From the human T2T-CHM13v2.0 reference genome, Homo sapiens, in the NCBI RefSeq assembly GCF_009914755.1, contig NC_060932.1: a stretch of DNA of 64,000 bases. One strand, given 5' to 3'. Shown piece after piece: positions 41,393-55,187 of this stretch (positions are counted from its first letter, which is position 1; the number at the start of each line of letters is the position of its first letter). The notes below the pieces were generated by a model, which was given only the letters and a program-made list of their open reading frames with translations, was not told the DNA's origin and did not search any database. The position numbers and the translations under genes are program-made.

Positions 41393-44300
41393 GCCTTTAC
41401 ATGACAATCACCTATATACAGCCTTTACATGATTGTACATTTAGCTTTTTAAGCAGTTAAAGCTCAACATTTGCCATTTCATTCAAAGGAGTGCTCTTTT
41501 TAAACATTTCTTTATAATTTCCCTGTTTAGATTAAACCCTCTGTTTCTTTGCCCATTTCAGTCATTCTACTCTAGACTTACTTCAATTTGTTTTTCTCTT
41601 TCTAATAGCCATGACCCCCAAATACACAACAAGGTTTCAGAATCATTCGGTGCAAGCCCCTCTGCAGTAGAAATCAGGTCCCTGGTTTTTGTTTTATTTC
41701 CCCCAACACCGAGTACAGTGCCCCTCACACGGAAGGCAGGCACAAATATCTTCTGACTCATTTCTTTATTCAGGCTATTTGTGGCAGAAGGGCCATTTCT
41801 CCCCCAGGGCAATGAGACTCTTCACCTATCTCACATGGAAACACTAAGATTCTGGACTTCTCTTACCTTTTAAACAATGGTTAGTTACATTACTGCCCCT
41901 TGCAATAGTGTATGTTGTTGACCTGAAGCCGCATGGAGGCTACCAATTCACATCTCATCCCTGAGTCTTTTCATCAGCTCTGGAAAAAAACCAAATATGT
42001 AACATAAATTCCTCTCTGACCCAAAACTCAACTGCCAATGGAGGAAATGGAAGTTCGTCAGAAAAACATTTTAACCTTGGCTCTTCTTCCTCTAGCAACT
42101 TAGATAACCCTAGATCAAGCCTTCCTTTTCAGAATTAACAATTTCTTGCCAAGAAATTCCCCAAGAGGCTTCACAGGCAAAACCGGACAATAGCTGATGA
42201 GGCTGCTGCAGGGTTAGCTGAGAAAATACATACTGCATCTCCTATGGGAGAGGGTTCGGGGAATAGGGAGAAGCCTGTGTGGATGAAAAAAGAAAAAAGG
42301 TGACTTTTTCTAATCACTTCTAAGTATTCCTTTTTTGTAAAACAGTTTAGCTGTTAACTTCTATGCTAAGGCACGTATGCACTTTGGAAAGGTAATTTGA
42401 GAGCGAGTTGAGCCATGACAAATAGGGACAGCTGGCCTAATTGAATCATTTGATCTAAGACAGCTCAACTTGGTTATCCTCACTGCAGCCCACACTGATA
42501 TTAGGGAGTGAATCATTAGCCATGAAATCATGTCGACTTTCCCGACTGCAGCGTTCTTGACATGACAGCAATCGCAACCTGCCTTTCATTAGAGCCCCAA
42601 TAAGTTCTTTACTCTGTCAGGAAAACAAGAGAGCAGCTTGGGAAACTTTTAGGCTCAGCCTCAGAAAGTCATTTGCTCCCACATGCCACGGAGAGCATTT
42701 CAAAGCAAGGCAGGGGATGAGTTGGCTGCAGGAACAAGAAAGCTTACCCGGGCGAAGTGCATGCAAGCTTCTTCAGTGCCCACACCTGCTGTTCCAATGT
42801 AACAGCAGCCTGATTTTTGTAAGCAACAATTTGTAATCCCTTGGGAAAGTGGGAAAGTGGGGTCATGATAAAATACTTTAACACTTGACCCACAGACATC
42901 CCTAATAAGAATCTTCATGTATGTCAGACTTTCCTGTCATCTTTAATTTACTTTTCGCAAAAGGAAGGGGCAAATTCCTCTTTTCACTGGGTTTGTCAAA
43001 GGCAGTGAGGCATTTAAGAGAGCTCAAGAGGAGAGGCTTGTCCATTGAAATGCAGAATAAGCCCTTGGGTGCATACAGCACTGAAGGTGCTGCATCCTTA
43101 ACTTACTCTCCTACAAGTAGAGGCCTTCTTTAGGTCCCCCTCTCAAAACTGCACCTGAGAGACATTAGCCTCCATTCCTTTGCAAGCAGAGCCTGAGTCA
43201 AATATTGTGAGGACCAAGAGAAGTGAGGCAGGGAAGCAGAGAAAGCCAATGCAGGGTACATCAGCCTCTGACTTGAGCAACTCTCCTGGATCTTGCTGGA
43301 GCCTTCGAGGAGCCCATGAAAGGCAGCTGGAACTGTTGGCTGAGGAAGAAAGGAGGAAGCACTTACTCTCTTGCGCCTGCTCTCCATTGGTTAAAGACGG
43401 CCCCACAGAGGTAGACTCCTTGTGCTTCTAGGTTACATGTGTGAGTGATGAGTCACTTCTCTCGGCCTCAGCAACACCCAGGACCCTGCAGTCTCAGGCA
43501 AGGCACTGTCCCATTGTTGTGCCCAAGGCTGGCCAAAGCCTCCCTAGAACTGGCCTGGTGGTACAAGAGGTGGGCCAATAAGATTTTGAAGAAATTATAA
43601 TGATAAAGAGTTAGGAAAAACAGGAAAAAATGTAGCTTGGATGGAGTTCATGGCAGGTAAATTGTAGACAAAGTAGTACATTCAAAGATTTGAAAAAAGT
43701 CATAATAATGACATTTGCAGATAACATTTATGCTGAAAATACCAACAAATTTAGGATGGAATATAGCCAAGACCGAGAAACAAGAATTGATAAAGCTCAC
43801 ATTCACAACCATCTAAACAGTAGGTGAATCTGGAAAGCAATGACAGAAACTCCTTAAAACGAATGTTGAGTTGGTAAGCATGCCAGTGCTGTATGTGTGG
43901 GTGTGTGTGGGTGTGTACACGCATGTGTGTGTGGGTACAACAGTCTGAACTGTAAAATTTCAGAGCTGGAAAACAACGTCAAAGTCATCTTCTCCAAATT
44001 CTCTGTCATTACATATAGGAAAATCGAGCAACTTCAAATTCCACTGCTTGGTGGTGGCAGAGTTGACTCCTAAAACTAGACCACACTGTGCTTTCAAACC
44101 AACTTGAACCAAACAACCAGTTTCACTGTATGACGAGAGCGGTGGCAAACAGTGATTTGACGTTGAGACCTGGTCATTTTGTAACACCCCATGCCTCCAC
44201 ACAACAAAAATATTTCATAGTAATCATGACAGGAAACAAGGATAACAGCCAGAAAAGAATTGCAGACAATGAAAAAATTTTAATGTACTCTATATGTAAT

Positions 44301-45038
44301 TGTGCCAGTAAAAAATTAAAGCTTTAAAATTTAAATAAATATTACTACAGTACAAAAAGAAAAAATGCAGAACTATGTATTCAATTGTTTTTTAATAGAA
44401 CTAGTCATCTGAATTTGATCCACTGGTCACAGTTTGATATAATAATATTTTATGTAAATCATTGTCCATAACTAATTTGTAAATTTTAATAAAACCAAAA
44501 TGTCTGCAATAGGTGAAATTTAGGAATTTACTAAACAGTGCCGCTTATGTAGCTTTTTATTTTCCTGATCTTGTAATAGTTTTAAAGCAATGAACTATTT
44601 TAAAGGAATAAATTTTAATTTTAAATGTATCTTCAAATTCAGTAAAACATTTCATGCCGAACTAAATTTGCCCTTACCAACAAAAATCTTACACTTGTTA
44701 TTGGCACTCAGTTTTATTGTTTTAAAATGTAAGTACAAATAAAAACTCCAAGAAACCACATAGATTGTTAGAGTTAAACTCAAGCTCTCTTCCTTCATCT
44801 TGGCAATCATAATGCTCTCACTGCTTATTTCTAATCTATGATTGATTAACCCTTTCCCAGGGACCAGCACACAAACTCTACCCAAGGCAAGCCAGAGAAC
44901 TCAAGTCATTTCTCCTGAAATGAGCATGTTGCAGAGTCTACATGTGTTGGCCTTACTGTATAACCAGGAATTCTTTAACTTCTGTGTAGAATATCATGTT
45001 AACAAGAATAAGAACAATATGCCAATTTAGCTGTGTTT

Positions 45039-45637
45039 TGACTTTGGGTTAGGCAGTTTTACTTAGATATGACAACAAAAGCATATATGACAAAAGATAA
45101 GATACACTCCATTTCATTGAAATGGAAACAATTTGTGCCTCAAATGATAACACCAAGAAAGTGAAAAGACAACCCACCAAATGTGAGAAAATACCTGCAA
45201 ATCATACATACGACAAGGAGCTAATTTCCAGAGTATATCAGGAACACTTACAACTCAACCATAAAAGGACCAATAACCCAATTTAAAAATGGACAAATGA
45301 TTTGAATGGATACTCCTCCCAAAAAGATATGCAAATGTCCAACAGCCCTATGAAAAGAAGCTCAATGTTATCAGTCAGGGAAATGCCGATCAGAACCACA
45401 AATGAGACACCACTTTACACACAGCAGGATGTCGAAAACAAAGGAGAGAGAAAATAACTCTGGGTGAGGACGGAGAGAAACTGGAATCCCCATACATTGT
45501 TGATGGGTCTGTGCCCACTTTGGATCACAAACTGGCAGTTCTTTAAAATGTTAAACATACAGTTGTCATCCAACCCCACAACTCCACTCCCAGGCATATA
45601 CAGAGAATATTATAGGCATATATAGAGAAATGAAAAC
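45039..45637 (+). mobile_element. L1MB-like ORF2 3' fragment
   Basis: aagaaagtgaaaagacaaccc, gcaaatcata, aacccaatttaaaaatgg, ctggcagttc...aaatgttaaacata. Confidence 0.85.
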
Positions 45638-45734
45638 TTTAGCTATTATTTAAACTCAATAATGACTCACAATTATTTAGAACTTAGATCACAAAAGATT
45701 TTTTCAGAGAGTATTTTGTCACTAACATGATTTA

Positions 45735-46278
<544 letters not shown>

Positions 46279-47173
46279 TCATGTTCTGAGATAATGGAAG
46301 AGCTTTATTTCTCTGCCACCTACTTCCAAGCCTTGGTTTCAGCCATTTTTTCTATCAATAAATTTCTTTTATAAAGTGTTTTGATCCATAAACTTCTGGA
46401 CAGCACAGAGATGAAGAAGCCAAGAAGGATTTGGAACTCTAGCATTTAAACTATGACTTTTATTTAATCCCATGCATGCACACATGTAGAAACTATTTTC
46501 AATGGTCCATTATCCTGCTTATGTTCAAAAACCTAATTCATTGAATAAGGTAAACTCAACCATCTTCACTAAGTATGGACTAGGTGAGGCATGGCAAAAC
46601 AACACTTTCTGAATAATTAAAGCACCTTCATGTCTATGAAAAATCCAAGAAACACAGAGGTTAAAAGACTTTCCTATGATCACACAGGACTTAGTTGTAG
46701 ACCCAGTTTCCTTATCCTTTCCTTAGATAGCTTTTCACTTAAAAGCTTACACATAACAGTATCTGGAGTGGGAAGATACCACTGAAATACATGAAACTAC
46801 TTAGACTTAACAGTGCATAGTCAAATGCTATGAGACCCCTGGAGATGTAGGGAGGTAAAAGCTGAATGGAGATGTCAAGAAAGGGCTGGTAGGTAAGATG
46901 AGGCTTGAGGCTGTTCAAAATTAAAGAAAAAGGAGGAGGAATCAATTCCCCCAGTGGGACCATCAGCGAGGACAGGGAAGCCCTGGCAATTCAGTGAACT
47001 ACGGCAGGCAGGTCACTTTGCCTCTCTGGGACCACTTTATTCTCTCCTAAATGAGGGAGGGGCAAAGCTGTAATGGCAGGAGAAAAATGTATCCACCAGA
47101 ATCCTCCAAAAGAAAGCTGTGTATATTAGAAAGAAATACCTTGAAAATCAAGAGCGTACTCAAGTACCAAAGA

Positions 47174-47726
47174 TGTATTAGTCTCTAGAGGGTTCTCTAA
47201 GGGGGCAGGACTAATAGGATAGATGTATATATGAAGGGGAGTTTTTTAAGGAGTACTGACTCACATGATCACAAGGTGAAGCCCCACAATAGGCTGTCTG
47301 CAAGCTGAGGGGCCAGGAAGCCAGTTTGAGTCCCAAAACCTCAAAAGTAGGAAAGCCGACAATGCAGCCTTCAATCTGGACCAAAGGCCTGAGAACTCCT
47401 GGCAAACCACTGATTTAAGTCCAAGTGTCCAAAAGCTGAAGAACTTGGAGTCTGATGTTCGAGGGCAGGAAGCATCCAGCATGGGAGAAAGATGAAGGCT
47501 GGAAGACTCAGCCAGTCTAGTCCTTCCATGTTTCTCTGCCTGCTTTTATCCTAGCCTCGCTGGCAGCTGATTAGATGGGGCCCATCCAGATTGAGGGTAG
47601 GTCTGCCTCTCCCAGTCCCCTGACTCAAATATTAATCTCCTGTGGCAGCACCCTCACAGACACACCTAGAACAATACTTTGCATCCTTCAATCCAATCAA
47701 GTTGACACTTAATATTAACCATCACC
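47174..47726 (-). mobile_element. MLT2A2 (HERV-L) solo LTR, full length
   Basis: tgtattagtc...cccaaaacctcaaaagtagg...gaagaacttggagtctgatgttcgagggcaggaagcatccagca...caatccaatcaagttgacac...aaccatcac; about 550 bp. Confidence 0.92.
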
Positions 47727-47761
47727 ACCAGGGATTCCATTACTGCATAAAAGAAGAATTT

Positions 47762-48058
<297 letters not shown>

Positions 48059-48352
48059 AGAAAAAGAATTTACTTTTTTTCTGAGAGAAGGTGGGTAGGA
48101 GAGTGAGAGGAGGGAGATGGAGGGAAAGAGAGTCAAAGGAAATGATAGAATTTGGTGTAGGATACCATGTGACCTCCTTTTGACGCCCTCCCCAATGTTC
48201 ATGAAAGCAATGTGCTCAGTGTGGTGGGACTGCTTATGGAAACTGGCAAGGGATGAAGTCCTGTATCCCAGGTGGTCCTCCTGGGTAGAATCAGGTGTGG
48301 CACCAAGGATGTAGGAACCAACTGACTTCTGCATTACACTGTATGAAGGCCC

Positions 48353-48998
48353 TGGATTAGTCTCCTGTGGCTGCCATAACAAACTCAGTGGCCTAAGGCA
48401 ACAGAAATTTATTATTAAAGTCCTGGGGTCCAGAAGTCCAAAATCAAGGTGTCAACAGGGCCATGCTCCATCTGAAGTTTCCAGGGAAGAACCTCTCCTT
48501 GCCTCCTCTAGCTTCTGGAGGTGGCCAGCAATCCTGGGCATTCTTTACCTTGTAGCTGCCTCGCTCCAATCTCTGCCTCCATGGTCACATAGCCTGCTTC
48601 CCTGTGTGTCTCCAAATCTTTACGTCCTTATGAGGGCCTCAGTCATCAGATTTGGGGCCCACTCTAATCCAGTATGACCTCATCTTTACTTGATTATTTC
48701 TGCAAAGACATGTCTTTTTGGTTGTTAGCAGGGGCAAGGGTTGCATTTTTTTAAATTTTATAATTTCAACTTTTATTTTAGATCCAGGGGTACATGCGCA
48801 GGTTTGTTACATGGTTATATCATGTGACACTGAGATTTTGGGATATAAATGATCCCATCACCCAGGTGGTGAGCATAGCACCCAATTGGTAGTTTTTCAG
48901 CCCTTACCCCCCTCCCTTTCTCCCCCTTCTAGTAGTTACCATTGTCTGTTGTTCCCATCTTAAAATATATCTTTTTGAAAGGCAAAATTCAACTCACA
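48353..48998 (-). mobile_element. MLT1C-like MaLR LTR, interrupted near its end by L1PA
   Basis: ggctgccataacaaa...cagggccatgctcc...ctccaatctctgcctcc...atgacctcatct...ctgcaaagac; resumes atatcttttt...aattcaac. Confidence 0.8.
48747..48961 (-). mobile_element. L1PA15/16-like 3' end
   Basis: ttcaacttttattttagat...ggtacatgcgcaggtttgttacatgg...gatcccatcacccaggt. Confidence 0.85.
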
Positions 48999-49886
48999 GG
49001 AAGCCCTGACTTGTCCTTGAATACTTTGTATGTGCTTTGCTATGAGAAGCCCAAAGTAGCTGTATAATAATTGGGTCATTAATTGATATGATCAACGAAG
49101 GGCAATCCACTTTAACCTATTTCCATCTGCAAGCCTTTGGCTCCTCTTTGCTTCCTGGAGGAATGGTTTTATCAGGGTGGAAGGACAGGGTTAAGGGATC
49201 CTTACAACTTCCCCCTTTTTGCACCCTTTCAGAGAAGCATTGGGTTCAGGCAATGGTTTTCAGGAAAGATTCATCTTGTTAATAAGCACACAATGAATAG
49301 GTCAATAGAGCCTGCTTGACCCCAAGACTTCCCAGATATCTCTTTGGGCATGTAGTGTACACAAAGGCCTGCTCCCTCCAATTCACTACTTGCCCGTTCT
49401 CTCTCTCATGCCAACATGGTTTGAGTATGTGGACCTCAAGTACAGTTGATCCGTTCTTTTTATACTAAAAAAAAATCACTCACCCCAATATTAGACAATC
49501 CTAGTGTTCACCAAAGTTGATTGTACTTTTACTTCTCAATTGTAATTGTTATAAATCCTAATCAAACGTTTTCATAAATCCCCAAATGTAATATATTGTC
49601 TGATGGCTTTAGGTCATATGCCTTTCTCCTTGATCTTAAAAACTCATCCAATTTCTCTCTTCTGGCATTGGGAGAGTCTGATGAGTCTTAAGTGGTCTTA
49701 GCCGGAGCGTCTCTTTTCTCACACCCCCTTCCACCCCTGTCACTAATACTTTTTGCAGCTCCACTCCTCTTGCCCTTTCTATTTAAGCCATCCTGGAGCA
49801 TTCTCAATACTCCCCTTATTGAGTATTTGCATTGTACACCTCTAACTTGCTGCTTCAGCCTATGCTATTACCCTTCTGTCTCTTGG

Positions 49887-49924
<38 letters not shown>

Positions 49925-49931
49925 CCTCTCA

Positions 49932-49969
<38 letters not shown>
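49887..49969 (+). repeat. (TC)n(CA)n compound microsatellite
   Basis: Seen directly; CA-rich sequence resumes after the LTR at 50350-50370. Confidence 0.95.
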
Positions 49970-49970
<1 letters not shown>

Positions 49971-49972
<2 letters not shown>

Positions 49973-50349
49973 AGATGGTTTGGTTCTGTGTTCCCACCCA
50001 AATCTCATCACGAATTGTAATCCCCATGTGTTGAGGGAGGTTGCTGGTGGAAGGTGATTGGATCATGGGGGGTGTTTCCCACATGCTGTTCTGGTGATAC
50101 TGAGTGAGTTCTCACGAGATCTGATGGTTTAAAAGTGTGTGTCAGTTCCCCCCACCCCCTACTCTCCTGTTGCCATGGTAAGACGTGCTTGCTTCCCCTT
50201 CATCTTTCACCATAATTGTAAGTTTTCTGAGGCCTCTCAGTCGTGCTTGCTGTGAAGCCTGTGGAACTGTGAGTCAATTAAACCTCTTTTCTTATAAATT
50301 ACCCAGTCTCAGGTAGTTTGTTATAGCAGTGTGAAAATGGACTGATACA
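49971..50349 (+). mobile_element. THE1D (THE1D/MSTA-like) solo LTR
   Basis: atggtttgg...cccacccaaatctcat...gagttctcacgagatctgatgg...aattacccagtctcaggtag...actgataca. Confidence 0.9.
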
Positions 50350-51577
50350 CGCACATGCACACACACACACTCAAGTGGCATTATCCCAACTGGACTGTCA
50401 AACCCTGGAGGGCAGGAATCATGCCTTGTTTCTCCCTATATGTCTTATAACATATTGCACTGTGTCTTATATGTGCTAGGTGTTCAAAAAAATACAAGTA
50501 TCATTAACGTGAACTAGAGAGACTTTTCTTCCACCTTTTCAGGTCCTGGGATCCCATGAATCACAAAATTGCAAAGGCAATGAAGCTCACTAAGAGACAT
50601 GCATGTATTTCTTGCTTATTCAGATACGCAAGTATATAATGCTATTCATCTCTGAAGAAGAGAGTGTGTTGATTGGGACTGTGTAATTCTTTCAGGAATG
50701 GGCCAAAATTGTGCTAAAGATCTGGTGGTAAGAGAGACACAACACTGCATGTCTCTGCCAGGAGGAAACCAGGCGTAACAGAGGAACCCGTTTCAAGGCC
50801 CATCTTAAAATGCAGCAACAGAGACTCAGCCCCACCTACAGGGAGACCCAAAGCTGTTGCTGTTGAAAAAAAAGTTGAAAAAGTCTTACCCAGGGTGCCT
50901 TCCTCTTTTATATTTGAAAGAAGATTAGTATGCTCACACTGACCCTTCTAGGCCCTCTAGTTCGCTTCCTCTTACCTTGTAAGAGGTCAGTCTGAAAAGG
51001 CAAACTTTTGAATTAAGAAGTGAATAAGTCCTCCAGACAAGCCCCTTTAAATGCCATGTCACTTGACCAAAAGTTAGGAATAATAGAAACCTTGGCAATG
51101 AGATCATCTGTTTCCATGTTTCACAATGCAAATTCCCCTCTGATTTTTCAGGGTTAATTAAACAATTTGAAGAGAATATGCCCACCTTTTCAAAGATGTT
51201 CGATGTTTTCCCCAAATATGTCCATTCCTTATTTTTCCCTGATTTGCACATCATTTTCTCCTGAACAGACAGCATCTTGCATGCCAGCTGGATATAGACT
51301 AAAGCAGGTTTGTTTCCAAAGTAGGTTCATGTCCAGAGCATTGATAAAAAGACCAAGGAAAATTGACCAAAAGAAGGCGTTCTAGAGATATTCAGAGTAA
51401 AACAATCCATATCTAAATTGTTATTGACATATAGTGAGGTGGAAAAAATTTTAAAGCAATGTATTAAGTGCAAATGTCCTGTGTCCAGAGAATTTTATTT
51501 TCCAGTCCAGTATTCCAACACCCCCATACCTCCATTAGGAGATGGAAATATGGGAATACTAGACTATCCCCTACCAA

Positions 51578-51768
51578 AATGAAGAAAGAAAGGAAGGAAA
51601 GGGAAAAGAAAGGGAGGGAAGGGCAGGAAAGGGGAAGTAGGGGAGGGGAGAAGAGGAAAAGGGGAGGAAGGGAGAGGGGAAGGAGGGGAGGTGGAGGAGA
51701 AGGGAGGGGAGTGACAGAGAGAGGGAGGAACGAAGGAAGGAAAGAAGAAAGGGAGGGAGGGAGGGAGA
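51578..51768 (+). repeat. GA-rich polypurine low-complexity tract
   Basis: About 190 bp almost entirely G/A (gaag, ggga units). Confidence 0.95.
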
Positions 51769-52934
51769 TGAGTTAATTGGCAATAATTTAGTAAAACCAA
51801 GTAGTTATAGTTAGATCCCCCAATCTTTCACAGCATGTTGTGAACATCACTAACTGCTTTATGATTAATAATGTAAGAATTTACCCTCAATCAACAACAC
51901 AAAATACTCCAAACATTGTCAATGAGTCACTTTTATGTTATCTGCTACCCAGTTCGTATCAAAAATCCTGCTGTTTAAAGTTATGTAAGCAAGCAAACAA
52001 AAAGACCATCTGAAGCTTCTGCAGCAGCTGTCATCCTTGTCTACTCTTTGGCCCCTGTGCACTCTGTTACTGAAGTCCCCCTTGGACTTGCTCTCCTGAG
52101 CTGCAGTTTCACAATAAGGCAAGCCCAGCATCACTGCATCTGTTATTAAAATCGAGGCGAGGTGAGGAACATTGTCCACTGTGGTATGCGAGCTCCCTGC
52201 CTAGTCTTATGTAAGCAATTTGTTTTGGAATTCAAGGCAAAGAAAAGGTTTGCGCATCTGGGGCAGTAGATGGGCCACTGTAATGAGGCATCTGACTCCA
52301 TTGTTTATCTTTGGCTTCTGACAGCTTTTAAGCCACCCCTCCCTCTTCCCTTTGTGCATTTGAACACGCTGATTAAAAAAGGACCGTCCTTCAGTGCCTG
52401 CAGAACATTGAAACCACACAAGCCCCTACCAGGCTCAGGAAGCTCCACCTGGCCCCACCCCCAACCATGATGGAACCCCAGGCCAGTCTCCTTTACTGAT
52501 TCTCTCTCAAGCCACTCCAGACCTGCTTGAGAGCCTTGCCCTGCTCTCTCCCAAGCCCTTCTTTGTGTAAGGAAGATATTTTCACTCCCTCTTTCTTGGT
52601 GTGTGTATGTGTGGCATCATCCGTCTTGACATCCTGACAAAATTGGGGTAGTCCCAAAGGGGAGGTCCCTCCTTCCCTCCTGCTTTGGCAGAGTGACCAT
52701 AACAGCTACTTTCATTCTGAAAGTCAGATAAAGTCCATCTTCTTGTTGATCTTGACCAATCTAAGCACCAAGTAATTATGAAGGGCTATGTGGTTTGTGT
52801 ATTTGTGGGAACCTCCGAGTCAAGCAGATGGGCCCTCATGGTTACAGAAATTAACTCCCAGATCCAGGCGGGGGCCCCCTCCTCTGCACACTCCTAGCAC
52901 CCTGTACTCTCTGGTCACAGGGGTGGTGACCAGT

Positions 52935-53040
52935 CTGATGCTCCAGGAGGGCAGGTATCTGGCTGTATTGTTCACCATAGCATCCCAGCTCCCAGCACAG
53001 TGTGGGAACTCAGCAAATGATTGATCCATGAAGGATTGAA
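52935..53040 (+). mobile_element. L2 3' end
   Basis: gctccaggagggcagg...ttgttcacc...atcccagc...agcacagtg. Confidence 0.65.
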
Positions 53041-54101
53041 AGCATGAAATTTAGGTAGAGAGGTGATTTACATAAAAGCAGGGCAAAGATTAATAAATGT
53101 CACCGGAAAAAAAAAAGATTTCTGCTCTAGCTTAGAAAGTGAGAAATATCAAAAAGAAATCCTAACCAAGGGCATTCTAATACAGTGAAGCTGCCAGTGA
53201 GGTGTCTAATTGCCCAGACCCTACACTACTGCAGCCACCTACTTTAAAATACTGGAGCAAATCACAATTTACTTCCCAAAAGTTAAACTTATTAAATATT
53301 AGTTTAATTTAGTGTTTTCCAGATTAATTTAAGATTAATTTATATCCAGGCATTTGCACAGCCCAAGCAGTATCTCTCCTTTCTGTCATTTCTATCATCC
53401 CACAGACAGCAGAAAAAGGGAAAATGTATGGTTAAGAAGCACCATGATAGAGTAAGTAGGGGGAGATTTAATTAAACTATTACATATCTTTTCCTTGGAT
53501 GTGAAAAAAAACCATAAATTTGCCAGCGAGTAGAGTTGTATGCATATCAGGAAGCTTGATAAACAAAAACTTTGCAGATATAAAAAGTGATGCTTATAAA
53601 ACGACTTGAAATAAAAATCTGATATTGTACTTAACCCTACATTTTCTTCCTAAATCTAACGTGTATTTGTAACAAAGGAACCTTTTATCCCTTAATTTGT
53701 TTTCAAAGAGAATAAAAAGAGATTGTTTATTAATATTCAATACAACTCTTTTTGCGCATGGCTGTTCTTTTCAGAATTACAGGACTTTAGAGCTCAAAAG
53801 AACCCTGGAGAGTGTCTACTCCCATGGAATTCACACCCTTTTAACACAGTGCCCTTCACTCAAATGAGATCTTATATGGAAATCAATGCTTAAAACAGGT
53901 CAAAGCACAACTGCTTTCGTGGGATTGGGAGTGGAAAATCTGAGCTCTCCCTTAAGACCCCCTCATTTTCAGGAGCTGCCTCCCCAAGTACTTCACCATC
54001 AGTCTCAGAGCTCTGCAAACAGTTTGAAATTCACCAATTTAATCCAACCTCTCTATTTTACAGATGAAAGAATTGAGGCAGCAGAGCCAAAAGACTAGTA
54101 A

Positions 54102-54413
<312 letters not shown>

Positions 54414-54759
54414 TAAACTATTAATAACAAACCGAGTGAGTTAGCGCCCCAATTTTTCCCTCTTGACTCACTGCTCTTCCAAATACCATGCACTTCCACA
54501 AGGGAAGTAAGCAAAGCACCCCAAGTTCCTAGTCCACAAGGACATGAGGCCAACCTGACCGTTCAGGCCTGGGAGAGGCTCTAACCAGGGCACATGGCCA
54601 CAAAACATGACTGAGCAGAAGGGCTGAACCTCTGTGTAAGGAGACTGGCTCCTGGTGATTCTTTTTGAATCATTAATATCTGCAAATGGTTAAAAAAAAA
54701 ACTATTACCCAACTCTAAAAAGAAAAGGAAAAGTTCTCCCCTATCTCACGAATTCTGCT

Positions 54760-55152
54760 TCTCTGAGATAGTCACTTTTATCTTCACTGAACACATGTAA
54801 AATCCTATTTCGTCAATATTAGATTGAAAGATGAGGAATTTAAAACTTGAACTACATTCCACTTCTTTTCCCTTAAAAGATTAAGTTTTACATTGTCAAG
54901 GTTTTCAACATTCATTTCTGTAATTGTACTTATATCTTCCGTGCTCTATTGATTCTCATGCATTTTCAAGGAACATGCTTTTGTTTGTCTGATCGGTTGT
55001 TTGGTTGGATGGATGGATGGTTGGTTGGTTGGTTGGTTGGTTGGTTGGTTGGTTTCATTTGTTTTCTCTCCCTCCTTTCTGGAAGCAGTCAGGATGTTTT
55101 CTACCCCTTTAGTGTTCTCGATTTTCACAAGTTGTATTTGGTGATAGGACTT

Positions 55153-55187
<35 letters not shown>

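Noticed and set aside
51468-51800. Arg/Gly/Glu-rich and Pro/Ser/Phe-rich ORFs
   Set aside because: Translations of the GA low-complexity tract
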